Source of the DNA: Spirochaetia bacterium
Lineage (GTDB): Bacteria; Spirochaetota; Spirochaetia; SZUA-6; Bin103
Assembly: GCA_965203055.1 (NCBI GenBank)
Contig: OZ241863.1
Span: forward strand, 2,592,001-2,656,000
Direction: 5' to 3'
Length of the DNA: 64,000 bases
The notes below the pieces were generated by a model. That model worked only from the letters and a program-made list of their open reading frames with translations, was not told the DNA's origin and searched no databases. The stretch's first letter is position 1, and each line of letters opens with the position of its first letter. Made by a program: the position numbers and the translations under genes. This document shows, piece after piece, positions 48,852 to 58,871 of the stretch.

Positions 48852-49880
48852 GTGGCCGACCTGCGGCGCATGGTACGCGGCGTCCTGTGGGCGCTGCGCG
48901 GAGTTCAGGTAATGGCACTGGTCGGCAAGAGCGGCACCGGCAAGAGCTTCCGCGCGCAATTGATCGCCCGGAAGTACAACATCGAGGCGATCGTCGACGA
49001 CGGCCTGCTGATCCAGGGGCAGAAGATCCTGGCCGGGCGCTCCGCCAAGCGGGAGCAAGGCGGGATCGAGGCGGTGAAGACCGCAGTGTTCCACGACCCG
49101 GCGCACGCGCGTGAAGTGCGGCGGGTGCTGGAGCGCACCAGGGCGCAACGCATCTTGATCATCGCCACCTCCGAAAAGATGGTGTCCCGCATCACCGAAC
49201 GACTTGGCCTGCCGCGGGTCCAGCGAGTGATCACCATCGAAGAGGTCGCTACCGAACATGAGATCGACGCGGCGCTGCGCTCGCGCCAGACCCAGGGCCG
49301 CCACATCATTCCGGTACCGCCCATCGAGGTAAAGCGAGACTACGCCAACATCGTCATCGACTCCATCACCATCTTCCTGCGCAACAACTTCCTGCGCCGG
49401 CGCGGGCGCCTGTTCGAGAAGACGGTGGTCAGTCCCGAATTCGAACGGCGCGGCCCGGTAACCGTGTCGGAGGTGGCATTGACCCAGATGGTGCTGCATT
49501 GCGTGCACGAATTCGCCCCCGAGTTTCAGATCAAGCGGCTGGTGGTGATCGGCGACTTGCGGCAGCCGGGCCTGGAAGTCGTACTGCGGGTGCCGTTCGA
49601 CTCGCCGGTCGCCGGCCGCCTGCACCAACTCCGGGACTACATCATCTCCAGCGTGGAGCGGTTCTCGGGACTGCTGCTCAACCAGGTGGCCATCACGGTG
49701 GACCAGGTCGGCCCGCCCACCCCGGCAGCGGACTCGCCGCCGCCGGGGAGCGCGGCCGCCGGCGAGCGACCGCCGCCGCGCCGCGGCCTGCGCCGGCAGC
49801 GGCCGGCGCGCCGCGCCCACTCCGCCCGCCGGCCGCCCAACGCCGGCCACGCCAACCCCGCGGCGCCCAAGCGGCGCTAG
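48852..49880 (+). CDS. Conserved P-loop protein with Asp23-like C-terminal region
   Basis: ALVGKSGTGKSFRA, IVDDGLLI, AGRSAKRE, GRHIIPVP, EKTVVSP. Confidence 0.7.
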   Translation: MADLRRMVRGVLWALRGVQVMALVGKSGTGKSFRAQLIARKYNIEAIVDDGLLIQGQKILAGRSAKREQGGIEAVKTAVFHDPAHAREVRRVLERTRAQRILIIATSEKMVSRITERLGLPRVQRVITIEEVATEHEIDAALRSRQTQGRHIIPVPPIEVKRDYANIVIDSITIFLRNNFLRRRGRLFEKTVVSPEFERRGPVTVSEVALTQMVLHCVHEFAPEFQIKRLVVIGDLRQPGLEVVLRVPFDSPVAGRLHQLRDYIISSVERFSGLLLNQVAITVDQVGPPTPAADSPPPGSAAAGERPPPRRGLRRQRPARRAHSARRPPNAGHANPAAPKRR

Positions 49881-49904
49881 CGCCGGCTGGCCGCGCCGGT
49901 CCGG

Positions 49905-50945
49905 TCACGGCGCAACGGCTGCCGCGGCCAACCGGTCGGCTACGCGCAGCGCGTCGATCTGCGGCAGCACCAGCGGTTGCATGGCCCGCCGCAAGCGTTG
50001 CGCCAGCTCCTTCTGCGGCCGCTCCTCCACTTGCCACGAGCCGTCCGCGGCGGCGACTTCGGCCAGCAGGGCGGCGAACATCAGCGCGCGCAACTCGCGC
50101 CCGCCCAGGCGCGGCGCCGCAGCCACCCGCCGGTCCAGCTCCAGCAGCCGCCGCCCCAGCTCCGCGCTGCGCAAGCGCGGCCCGGCGTGCGCCGCGAGCT
50201 GCGGCAGCAGCGCCGCGAACAGCCCAAGGCGGTGCGCGTAGTCCAGAATCGGCGCCGCCCGGCCACTGCTCAGGATCTTCGCCAGTTCCTCGGTCAACCG
50301 CTCCGCCGAACACTCGGCGAGCCGGCCGGCGTGCCGGCTGATGAGGACCCGATAGCGCCGCTCCATGGTAAAGCCGGCCAGGCGGGCATACTTCACGGCC
50401 CGTATCATGCGCACCGGATCTTCGGTGAACGATCCCTCCGGGGCGCCGATGGTGTGCAGCGTACGGCGCTCGACGTCCCGGAATCCGCCCACGTAGTCGA
50501 TCAGCCGCTCGCTGCGCGGCGCGTAGTAGAGTGCGTTGAAGGTGAAGTCGCGCCGGAAGGCGTCCTGATCCATGGTGCCGTAGCGGTTGGCGGTAGTGCG
50601 GTCCGGGCCGCGGAACGTTGCCACCTCGAACACGCGCACCCCGGAGGGAACGTGCGCCAGCTTGAAGCGGCGGCCGATGACGCGGGCGCCGCGGAACAGC
50701 CCGGTGACTTGCCGCGGCCGCGCGCTGGTCGCGATGTCGAAGTCCTTGGGCGTCCGCCCGGTCAGCAGATCGCGCACCGCGCCGCCGACGACGTAGGCCT
50801 CGTGACCGGCCCGCGCAAGACGCTGGCAGATGCCGATCGCCGCCGCGTCGATGCACGCGCTGCGAATGCCGTGTTCGGCGGGGAGGTAGACGTTGGCGGT
50901 GACGCGGTTGGCGCCGTCCGCAGTTCTGCGATACCGCTTGAGCAC
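49905..50945 (-). CDS. pcnB: Poly(A) polymerase
   Basis: VGGAVRDLL, PKDFDIAT, IGRRFKLAHV (PAP signature), RRDFTFNAL, EDPVRMIRA. Confidence 0.88.
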   Translation of the reverse strand: MLKRYRRTADGANRVTANVYLPAEHGIRSACIDAAAIGICQRLARAGHEAYVVGGAVRDLLTGRTPKDFDIATSARPRQVTGLFRGARVIGRRFKLAHVPSGVRVFEVATFRGPDRTTANRYGTMDQDAFRRDFTFNALYYAPRSERLIDYVGGFRDVERRTLHTIGAPEGSFTEDPVRMIRAVKYARLAGFTMERRYRVLISRHAGRLAECSAERLTEELAKILSSGRAAPILDYAHRLGLFAALLPQLAAHAGPRLRSAELGRRLLELDRRVAAAPRLGGRELRALMFAALLAEVAAADGSWQVEERPQKELAQRLRRAMQPLVLPQIDALRVADRLAAAAVAP

Positions 50946-51059
50946 TGGTGCGTTGAGTGGGGCGCGTCGCCGGCCACCGCATCGTAGGCCGGGAGCGCCC
51001 GGCTTGGCAACCGGCCGCGCGCGCCGGCGCGCCTTCGGCTGCCGCCGGCGGCGGCGCCG

Positions 51060-52202
51060 TCAGCCGAGGTCGAACACCACCTCGTCGCTGCGCAACCGGA
51101 GGCGGATGCGCTTGACTCCCTCCTCGGAATAGGCGGCGAAGGCGGCGTCTTCCAGATGGCGCGCGAACACCGACTCCAGGCCGCGGGCGCCGCTCTCCTT
51201 GCGCAACGCCTGGCGCACCATGAGCTGCAGCGCCGCGTCGTCCACCTCCAGTTGGATCTCTTCGAAGCGGAACTCGTTGCGGTACTGGCGCAGGATGTTG
51301 CGCTTGAGGATGTCGGAGAGCTGCTCCGCGGACAGTGACTGGAACGGCACGATGCGCTTGAAGCGGCCGATCAGCTCCGGCAGGAAGCCGAAGCGATGGA
51401 AGTGGCGCACCGCGGCGACGTCATCTTCGGTGTAGGAAACGGCGATCCGCTCCGGGTCGCGGCCGCCGGCCAGCCGCCCGAAGCCAATGTCTTCCTCACG
51501 CCCGGCCTCCGTCAGCCCTTTGAAGCCGGAGAAGGCGCCGCAGCCGATGAACGCAATGTCGGAGGTGGACAGCGTGGTCCGCGCCCCGTACTCGGAGTGG
51601 GAGAGATCGTTGGGCACCGATATGTCCGCCGCCTCCAGCATCTTCAGAAGCTCACGCTGGACCCCGAGGCCGGAGACGTCCTTGGTGCTTCCGGCGCCGG
51701 CGAACAGCGCGTTGTTATGGCCGGAGGCAACCTTGTCGAACTCGTCCAGACATACGACGCCCACGCTGCCGGCGGCCTGATTCAGGTCCGCCGCGTACAG
51801 CAACCGCGTCAGGATCGAGGTCACCTCCTGGCCGACGTAACCGGTCTCCGAGTAGCCGGTCAGATCGACGATGATCGTCGGCAGGCGCAGGACGTGTTGG
51901 AACAGCAGCTCCACCAGATGAGTCTTGCCGCAACCGGTGGGCCCGACCAGCAGCAGGTTGGTCTTGTCCGGCAGCAGGTCGCGGCTGATCCCCTCCAGGT
52001 GAATCTTGCGCAGCCGCGAAACGTGGCGATAGGCCATCAGCGACACCGCGGTAACGGCGCGCTCCTGCCCGACGTACCCCGCCTCGCGGATGGTGGCCGC
52101 TATCTCGCGCGGCGTAAGGAAGGGAATGCTGCGCACATACAGCACGATTTCCTGATCGTTGCGCTCCGGGCGCAGGCTGCGGATCTGGCGCGGTAGTGGC
52201 AT
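51060..52202 (-). CDS. ClpX-like AAA+ ATPase without zinc-binding domain
   Basis: YVGQE, GPTGCGKT, ETGYVG, DEFDK, KDVSGLGVQRELLKMLE, IGF loop, GARGL. Confidence 0.85.
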   Translation of the reverse strand: MPLPRQIRSLRPERNDQEIVLYVRSIPFLTPREIAATIREAGYVGQERAVTAVSLMAYRHVSRLRKIHLEGISRDLLPDKTNLLLVGPTGCGKTHLVELLFQHVLRLPTIIVDLTGYSETGYVGQEVTSILTRLLYAADLNQAAGSVGVVCLDEFDKVASGHNNALFAGAGSTKDVSGLGVQRELLKMLEAADISVPNDLSHSEYGARTTLSTSDIAFIGCGAFSGFKGLTEAGREEDIGFGRLAGGRDPERIAVSYTEDDVAAVRHFHRFGFLPELIGRFKRIVPFQSLSAEQLSDILKRNILRQYRNEFRFEEIQLEVDDAALQLMVRQALRKESGARGLESVFARHLEDAAFAAYSEEGVKRIRLRLRSDEVVFDLG

Positions 52203-52250
52203 GACGTGGTGAATTGGGGACAGCATATCACCAAGCCCGTAGAATAAGGA

Positions 52251-54821
52251 ATGCAGCCCGCCCCCGAGTCCCCCGAGTACCCCTCCCCCGAGCGCATTGC
52301 GGAGCTCGCGGCATCGCTGCCGGTCTCCCGCCACCGCCGTCAGATCCTGGACCAGCTTGCCGCCAGCCCGGTCGTCGTCGTCGAGAGCCCGACCGGGTCG
52401 GGCAAGACTACCCAACTGCCGCGCATTCTCTACGATGCCGGCTACACGGCGAACGGCCAAGTCGGCGTGACCCAGCCGCGCCGGATCGCGGCCGTCTCGG
52501 TGACCGACTTCGTACGCGCGCAACTCGCCGCCGACGGCCGCGACCGCGCCGCCGCCGCCTACAAGATGCGCTTCGAGGACACCACCGGCGAGCGCACCCG
52601 GATCAAGATCATGACCGACGGGGTCCTGCTGCAGGAACTCAAGCATGACCGCCTGCTGAGCGACTACGCCGTACTGATGGTGGATGAGGCGCACGAGCGC
52701 TCCCTCACCATCGACTTCGTCCTGGGGCTGCTGAAGGGAGTGCTTGCCCGGCGCTCCGACTTCAAGGTGATCGTCTCCTCCGCCACCATCAACGCGGAGG
52801 TGTTCGCCGAGTACTTCGACGGCTGCCCGATCATCCGCATCGACACGCCGGTGCATCCGGTGCGGATCGTCTACCGCCCGTTCCAGCCCAGCGGCGATCA
52901 GGATCAGCTCCTGACCGGCATCGAGAAGATCGTGCTGGAGGTTCACCGCGCGCGGAAGCCGGGCGGCGTGCTGATCTTCCTCTCCGGAGAGCGCGACATC
53001 CGCGCCGCCATGGCCGCCCTCGCAGCGCGCCCGGAGAGCCGCCGCTGGCAATTGCTGCCCCTCTACGCCCGCCTCTCGCGGGCCGAGCAGGCGCGCGTGT
53101 TCGACGACTTCCCGGGCCGGCGCAAGATCGTGCTGGCCACCAACATTGCCGAGACCAGCGTCACCATCCCCGACGTCGGCACCGTAATCGACTCCGGCCT
53201 GGCCAAGATCAACTCCTACAACACCCGCACCTTCACCTCGGCCCTCACCGAGCAGCCCATTTCCCACGCCTCCTGCAACCAGCGCCGCGGGCGCGCCGGA
53301 CGGACCGGACCGGGCGCCTGCTACCGGCTCTACTCCGAGCAGTCGTACCAGCAGCGCCCGCTGTTCGAGCTGGAGGAGATCCATCGCACCGACCTGTCGG
53401 AGGTGGTGCTGCGGATGGCCGAACTGGAGCTCACCGAGTTCGAGGAGTTCGACTTTCTCTCCTCCCCCGGCCGCGAGCGGGTCGCCAGCGCGGTGGAGCT
53501 GCTGCGCATGCTGGATGCGTTGGACGAGGAGCGCCGGCTCACCGCGGTGGGCCGCCTGATGGTGCAGTTCCCGATCCTGCCGCGCCACGCGCGCATCATC
53601 GTCGAAGCGATCCGGCGCTACCCGGAGGTAGTGGAGGAAACCCTCATCGGGACCGCATTCCTGTCGGTGCCAAGCCCCTTCGTGCTGCCCGAGGGGCATG
53701 AAATGGAGGCGCGCCACGCCCACCACGGGTGGCGCCATCCGCGCGGCGACCTGGCGGCCTACCTGACCCTGTACGCCGCCTTTCGCGACAGCGGCGACCG
53801 CGACGGCTTCTGCAGCCGCCACTACCTGGAGCCGCGCACCATGTACGAGATCCTCAACATCAAGGAGCAACTGGAGGAGATCGTCAGCGGGCTCGGCGTG
53901 CCGATCGGCCGCGGCGGCCCGCTGAGTCACTACCTGTGCGCGGTCGCGCGCGGCCTGATTCAGTTCATCTGCGTGGCCGCGGGCCGCGGGCGCTACCGCA
54001 GCCCGACCGCGGGCAACATCTTCATCCACCCCGGATCGGCCATGTACGGCGAACCGGCGCGCTACCTGGTGGCCGGCGAGATCGTGCGCACCTCACGCAC
54101 CTACGCGCGGTCGGTGTCGCCCCTGAGCCGGCAGGAGCTGCAGGCGGTGTCCCCGGACCTGCTGGCGGAGCTGATTGCCGTTTCCCGCGCCGGCCCGGGG
54201 CGCGGCCGCGACCGCGCCGACGGCCGCCGCCGGCGGGAGGCCGGGGAGAGCGGCCGGCGCCCCGACCGCGCCGCAGGCGACGCGCAGGTCCACCTCCTGG
54301 GCCAGATCTTCGCCGTCGGCGAGCACGGCAGGCGGCGCCTGATCACGTTGCCGTGGGAGCAGGCCGCGCCGCTCGCCCGCCGGGCCGGCCGCCGCGCCCT
54401 GGCCGGTCAACGCGCGTTGCGCGGCCGGATCGTGCTGCAGGGAGCGGAAATCATGGCCGGCGCGCGCCTCGGCGCCCTGTTCGAGGTGCTGGAGAAGATC
54501 GACCCCGCGCACCGGGTCGACGGCGACTGGCCGCGCGACACCTTGCGCCTGCCGCAGGATGCGGGCCGGCTCCTGGAACGGCTGGACTACGTGCTGGCGC
54601 TGAGTCCGCGCCGGGCGGGCGGCAGCAAGCTGAGCTTCATCGCGCTGCAGACCGACTCGAGCAACGCCTTCTGGCTTTCCGCCCGGCGCAACCTGCAGCA
54701 TGCCGTGGCCGACAGCCTGGCGGCGCTGGAGGCGCTGGCCGACGCCCCGGAACAGGCGCTGGACGCGGCGCAACAGGCCCGTCTCAGCGCGGTCTACCGG
54801 CGCGTTTCCAACCTGTTGTGA
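52251..54821 (+). CDS. hrpA: HrpA-like DEAH-box RNA helicase
   Basis: SPTGSGKTTQ, TQPRRIAA, DEAHER, SAT, ATNIAETSVTI, QRRGRAGR. Confidence 0.9.
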   Translation: MQPAPESPEYPSPERIAELAASLPVSRHRRQILDQLAASPVVVVESPTGSGKTTQLPRILYDAGYTANGQVGVTQPRRIAAVSVTDFVRAQLAADGRDRAAAAYKMRFEDTTGERTRIKIMTDGVLLQELKHDRLLSDYAVLMVDEAHERSLTIDFVLGLLKGVLARRSDFKVIVSSATINAEVFAEYFDGCPIIRIDTPVHPVRIVYRPFQPSGDQDQLLTGIEKIVLEVHRARKPGGVLIFLSGERDIRAAMAALAARPESRRWQLLPLYARLSRAEQARVFDDFPGRRKIVLATNIAETSVTIPDVGTVIDSGLAKINSYNTRTFTSALTEQPISHASCNQRRGRAGRTGPGACYRLYSEQSYQQRPLFELEEIHRTDLSEVVLRMAELELTEFEEFDFLSSPGRERVASAVELLRMLDALDEERRLTAVGRLMVQFPILPRHARIIVEAIRRYPEVVEETLIGTAFLSVPSPFVLPEGHEMEARHAHHGWRHPRGDLAAYLTLYAAFRDSGDRDGFCSRHYLEPRTMYEILNIKEQLEEIVSGLGVPIGRGGPLSHYLCAVARGLIQFICVAAGRGRYRSPTAGNIFIHPGSAMYGEPARYLVAGEIVRTSRTYARSVSPLSRQELQAVSPDLLAELIAVSRAGPGRGRDRADGRRRREAGESGRRPDRAAGDAQVHLLGQIFAVGEHGRRRLITLPWEQAAPLARRAGRRALAGQRALRGRIVLQGAEIMAGARLGALFEVLEKIDPAHRVDGDWPRDTLRLPQDAGRLLERLDYVLALSPRRAGGSKLSFIALQTDSSNAFWLSARRNLQHAVADSLAALEALADAPEQALDAAQQARLSAVYRRVSNLL

Positions 54822-54845
54822 CGGCCGCCCGGCGCGCCGCGCGCG

Positions 54846-55895
54846 CTACCGGTCGGCGAGGGCGGCGCGCACCTCGGCCGCAGCCACCGCCCGCAATTCG
54901 GTCTGCTCCGGGCCGTGCTGGAGCACGAAGCGAAGTTCGTTGCCGCGGCGCTTCTTGTCCGCCCGCATCGCCGCCAACAGCGCCTCCGGCGAAGCCTCGG
55001 GAGCGGTCAGGCGATAGCCGTAGGCGCGCAGCAGGCGCTCCACCCGGTCGGCGTAGGCGGGGTCGGTAACGCCGAGGCGGCGGCCGAGGCGCAACGCCCG
55101 CCCCAGTCCCCACGCCACCGCGGCGCCGTGCGTCCAGGCGAAGCCGGAAGCCGACTCCAGCGCATGGCCGAAGGTGTGGCCCAGATTGAGGAACGCCCGG
55201 GAGGTGCCGTCCGGCGCCGGCTCGGCGCCGCGCTCCTCACGCAGATCGTGGGCCACGAAACGCGCCTTCACCGCCAGACAGCGGCGCACGAACTCCTGCA
55301 CCAGCGCCGGCTCCCGCGCCAGCACCGCCTCCCGCTGCCGCTCCAGGAGGGCCAGCAGCCCGGCGTCGCCCAACATGGCGGTCTTGATCACCTCGGCGAG
55401 TCCATCCAGGTAGTCGGCGGCGGGCAGTTGCGCCACCACCCGCGGCACCACGACCAGGGTGTGCGCCGGATAGAAGGTGCCGACCAGGTTCTTGCCCCGG
55501 CGCAGGTTGATGCCGGTCTTGCCGCCCAGGGCGGAGTCCACCATGGCGGTCACCGTCGTCGGGACCAGCGTCAGACGAACGCCGCGCAGGTAGATGGACG
55601 CGGCGAACGCCGCGGCGTCGCACACCGCGCCGCCGCCGACGGCCAGCACTTCGCCGCCGCGATCCATGCTCCGCTCCAGCGCCGCCAGCAGCACGCGCTC
55701 GACCGCGCTCCAGGTCTTGGCGGCGTCGCGGTCCTCCAGCAGCACGGGAGCCGGCACGCCGCGGCCGAACAGGCGCGCGGTGTTGCCGTCGAACACCACT
55801 ACCCGGTTGCCGGCGGAGCGCATCCGCGCCGGCATCTCATCGCAAAACAACACCTCGGTCGTCGGCGGAGAGAGGGAGAAGCGGTAGCTGGGCAT
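54846..55895 (-). CDS. aroB: 3-dehydroquinate synthase
   Basis: VGGGAVCD, PTT, DSALGGKTGIN, AEVIK, LNLGHTFGHALE, DKK. Confidence 0.93.
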   Translation of the reverse strand: MPSYRFSLSPPTTEVLFCDEMPARMRSAGNRVVVFDGNTARLFGRGVPAPVLLEDRDAAKTWSAVERVLLAALERSMDRGGEVLAVGGGAVCDAAAFAASIYLRGVRLTLVPTTVTAMVDSALGGKTGINLRRGKNLVGTFYPAHTLVVVPRVVAQLPAADYLDGLAEVIKTAMLGDAGLLALLERQREAVLAREPALVQEFVRRCLAVKARFVAHDLREERGAEPAPDGTSRAFLNLGHTFGHALESASGFAWTHGAAVAWGLGRALRLGRRLGVTDPAYADRVERLLRAYGYRLTAPEASPEALLAAMRADKKRRGNELRFVLQHGPEQTELRAVAAAEVRAALADR

Positions 55896-55912
55896 CGCGC
55901 TTGCCGGACCGG

Positions 55913-56812
55913 CTACACGCGCGGCGCCCGCGACGGGTCGGCGGGCAGCCCGTCCTTGAACACCAGAAAGTAGAGGTTGGGCTCCTGATCGTGGGGATTG
56001 AGGCCCAGGCGGCCCAACTCGGTCCCGATCTCGACCCGGTCGCCGACGTCGACGAAGGTCTCGGCGTTGCCCAGGTAGCCATAGATGTAGCCCAGCGGGT
56101 TCTCGATCAGCACCACCTGGCCGAAACCGCGGCTCGGGCTCGCCCAGCGCACCGTGCCGGACGATACCGAGCGCACCGACGCGCCCTCCGTGCCGCTGAT
56201 CTTCAGGCCGGAGAGCTTGCCGGTCAACGGCGTGCGCGCACCGGGAATCGGCCACAGCCGGTTGGTGCCGCTGCCGCGGGCCGGCGCGGCAACTCTTGGG
56301 TTTGGCGCCGCCGCGCGCGGCGCGGCGGCAACGGCGGCCTGGGTCCCGAGGGCGGGCGCATCGGGAACGTCCGGGATGAGCAGCATCTGTCCGGCGTGCA
56401 CCTGGGTGGGGTCGAGAATCTCGTTGGCGGCCAGGATCACGGCCGGCTCCACGCCGTGGGCGCGGCCGACCGAGTAGATCGTGTCGCCCTTGCGCATGAC
56501 GTACGCGCGCGGAATGGTGAGCTCCTGGCCGGTACTGAGGCGCGTCGGATCGGCGATGCCGTTGACCTGCTGCAGCAGCTTGACCGTCACGCCATGCAGC
56601 TTGGCGATTCGGTAGAGCGTCTCACCGGCGGCCACGCTATGCACGCGCGCAGGCGACTCCGCGCCCGCCGCGGCTGCGCCCGCGGCCATGGCGAGGATCG
56701 CAAGCAGCGGCGCCAAGTGCCGGCGCGCGGTCAACTTGCGCCGCGCTGCGGGGGTGCTGGTAGATGTCGGCCTGCCGGCGGGGGGGCGGCTGCCGGCCGC
56801 GGTCAGCCCCAT
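55913..56812 (-). CDS. LysM + M23 peptidase-family protein
   Basis: HSVAAGETLYRIAK and YVMRKGDTIYSV LysM repeats; WPIPG...GFGQVVLIE; zinc-ligand motifs look degenerate. Confidence 0.8.
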   Translation of the reverse strand: MGLTAAGSRPPAGRPTSTSTPAARRKLTARRHLAPLLAILAMAAGAAAAGAESPARVHSVAAGETLYRIAKLHGVTVKLLQQVNGIADPTRLSTGQELTIPRAYVMRKGDTIYSVGRAHGVEPAVILAANEILDPTQVHAGQMLLIPDVPDAPALGTQAAVAAAPRAAAPNPRVAAPARGSGTNRLWPIPGARTPLTGKLSGLKISGTEGASVRSVSSGTVRWASPSRGFGQVVLIENPLGYIYGYLGNAETFVDVGDRVEIGTELGRLGLNPHDQEPNLYFLVFKDGLPADPSRAPRV

Positions 56813-56991
56813 AGCCCTAGTTTCGGATTCACGGCGCAAAACTGTAGACACGGCCGAGGAACACGGCCGCAGGGGCACGGGGCTCGCCCACCCCGGCCCG
56901 GGCGCGCGGCAGGCCCGCACGCCACACGGCCCACCGAACGAGGCCCCGGGCCGCGCGCGGATGATTGAACCACACCGGATGAAACAGGGTA

Positions 56992-57064
56992 TCGGGCTGG
57001 GGAGACTTGAACTCCCGACCTCTCGGTCCCGAACCGAGCGCGCTAGCCACTGCGCCACAGCCCG
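56992..57064 (-). tRNA. tRNA-Pro(CGG)
   Basis: CGGGCTG...CAGCCCG acceptor stem, anticodon arm CTCGG-TTCGGGA-CCGAG, GTTCAAGT T-loop; CCA not encoded. Confidence 0.95.
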
Positions 57065-57074
57065 AGGAACTGGA

Positions 57075-57148
57075 CGGGAGCGACGGGACTTGAACCCGCG
57101 GCCTCCGGCTTGACAGGCCGGCGCGATAACCACCTTCGCCACGCCCCC
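57075..57148 (-). tRNA. tRNA-Asp(GTC)
   Basis: GGGGGCG...CGCTCCC acceptor stem, anticodon arm CCGGC-CTGTCAA-GCCGG, GTTCAAGT T-loop. Confidence 0.95.
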
Positions 57149-57164
57149 AGTTAGCAGCTTGCTC

Positions 57165-57193
57165 AATATAGGCCCCCGCCGCCGGACTGTCAA
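57165..57193 (-). promoter_or_regulatory. Sigma70 promoter of the tRNA-Asp/tRNA-Pro operon
   Basis: TTGACA-N17-TATATT on the minus strand, 16 nt upstream of tRNA-Asp. Confidence 0.8.
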
Positions 57194-57292
57194 CGCCCCG
57201 GCCGACGACCTTGCTCGACCTTGCCGAGGCGCCGAAATACTCCCCTTGCCGCGGCGCTTGCGGTACGCTATCATCGGCCGCGCATCCCATTC

Positions 57293-58843
57293 ATGGCCAA
57301 GACCCGCAATCGCCCCAAGTCGGCGCGCCCGCATGCCGCCATAGCGGCGCAGCGTTCCAGGCATCCGCTGCTCTATGTCGGCAGCGTGATCGTCCTCGTC
57401 GTCATCACCGTCACCTTCATCGGCACGCCCGCCATCGGGCGCTTCGCCGGAGTCGGCTCGACGGCCGTATTCGGAACCTATGACGGTATCGATATCGAGT
57501 ATCGCCGAGGCAACTACTTCGATCGGCAGATTCTGAGCATCTCCCAGCAACGGCGCGCGGCCGGCGCTGCCCAGGACAGCGACGCCGAGGCGCGCGCGGT
57601 GGTGCGCGAGGCATTTCAGCGCGCGGCGTTTCGCACGGCGGTGCTCGCCGAGACCACGCGCGCCAATCTCGCGGTTTCCGACGAGCTGATCGACGGCGAG
57701 CTGATTCGCTCCGGCCCCTACCTGATCGGCGGCGTGTTCAGCGAAGAGCAATTCAACGCCACGCCGGCGTCGCAGCGGGAGATCAACCGCCGCCTGATCG
57801 AAGAGCAGCTCCTGGAGCGGCAGTATTTTGCCGATCTGGGGGGGCTCAACACCAGCTCGCACGCGGCCTCCTTCTTTCGCCGGATGGCGGCCACCGAGCG
57901 CCGCTTCGCGGTGGCGTCGTTCAGCTTCGGCGATCTGCCGGAGGAGGAGCTGCGCGCGTTCGGAACCGACAACGCCGCCCAATTCCGGCGCATCAAGCTC
58001 AGCCGCATCCTCCTGCGCAGCGGCGGCGGCGAGGCCGAGGACGTGCTCGGCCGATTGCGCGATCAGTCCGCCACCTTCGAGGAGCTGGCGCGGCTCTATT
58101 CGGTGGACGACATCGCCACCGGCGGTGACGTCGGGTGGAAGTACTTCTACGATCTGGAGCGCGACTTCGAAACGGCGGAGCCGGTGGAGGCGGTGTTCGC
58201 GCTGGCCGCGGGGGAGCACAGCGAGGCGCTGGCCAGCCGCTTCGGAGAAGTGATCTACCGCGCCGACACCGCGGCGGTGGCGCCCGACTTCGCCGATGCC
58301 GAGACACTGGCGGCGGTGCAGGACTATCTCAGCCGCTACCAGCGCGGCGTGATCGACGACTACTACGCCGCGCAGGCCGCGCAGTTCCGGCAGCGGGCCC
58401 AGGACGACGGTTTCGCCGCCGCCGCCGCCGCCCTGGAGGTGGAGGTGGTCGAGAGTGACTTCTTCCCGGTCAACTTCCGCAACCTGATTCCCGTGAGCGG
58501 CGTGCGCGCCGGCGACAGCGGCGTATTGCGCGCCGCACCCTACTACGAGGAGTTCTTCAAGCGCGCCTTCAGCCTGGAGCCAGGCCAGGTGTCGGACCCG
58601 ATCGTGCTGGACGCCCAGATCCTGGTACTGGAATTGCTGGAGGAACGGAGCGCCGACGAGGCGGCGCTGGACCGGGTGGAGAGTTATCACGCCTACTTCG
58701 CGGCCTCGGCCCTGGATCAGGACCTGCGCGCGCAGGTGTACGATTCGAACCGCTTGGTGGACGACTTCGAAGAGGGTTACCGCGGCTTTCTGCGCGCTCT
58801 GGCCACACCGGTCCAGGGCCCGCCCACGCAGGCCGCGTTCTAG
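57293..58843 (+). CDS. PpiD/SurA-like peptidyl-prolyl isomerase/chaperone
   Basis: N-terminal TM anchor, SurA-N-like helical region, parvulin motif FEELARLYSVD..GGDVGW. Confidence 0.78.
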   Translation: MAKTRNRPKSARPHAAIAAQRSRHPLLYVGSVIVLVVITVTFIGTPAIGRFAGVGSTAVFGTYDGIDIEYRRGNYFDRQILSISQQRRAAGAAQDSDAEARAVVREAFQRAAFRTAVLAETTRANLAVSDELIDGELIRSGPYLIGGVFSEEQFNATPASQREINRRLIEEQLLERQYFADLGGLNTSSHAASFFRRMAATERRFAVASFSFGDLPEEELRAFGTDNAAQFRRIKLSRILLRSGGGEAEDVLGRLRDQSATFEELARLYSVDDIATGGDVGWKYFYDLERDFETAEPVEAVFALAAGEHSEALASRFGEVIYRADTAAVAPDFADAETLAAVQDYLSRYQRGVIDDYYAAQAAQFRQRAQDDGFAAAAAALEVEVVESDFFPVNFRNLIPVSGVRAGDSGVLRAAPYYEEFFKRAFSLEPGQVSDPIVLDAQILVLELLEERSADEAALDRVESYHAYFAASALDQDLRAQVYDSNRLVDDFEEGYRGFLRALATPVQGPPTQAAF

Positions 58844-58871
58844 CGGGCCCTATAGCTTAGCTTAACTAGTT

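Noticed and set aside
56992..57148. tRNAs as the island integration site
   Set aside because: Flanked by housekeeping genes about 28 kb from the island; no duplicated tRNA 3' end or integrase seen
51060..58690. Apparent 989-aa and 925-aa fusion proteins (51060-54029, 55913-58690)
   Set aside because: Only the C-terminal parts are real (ClpX-like, LysM/M23); the extensions run antisense to hrpA and the PPIase and across tRNAs
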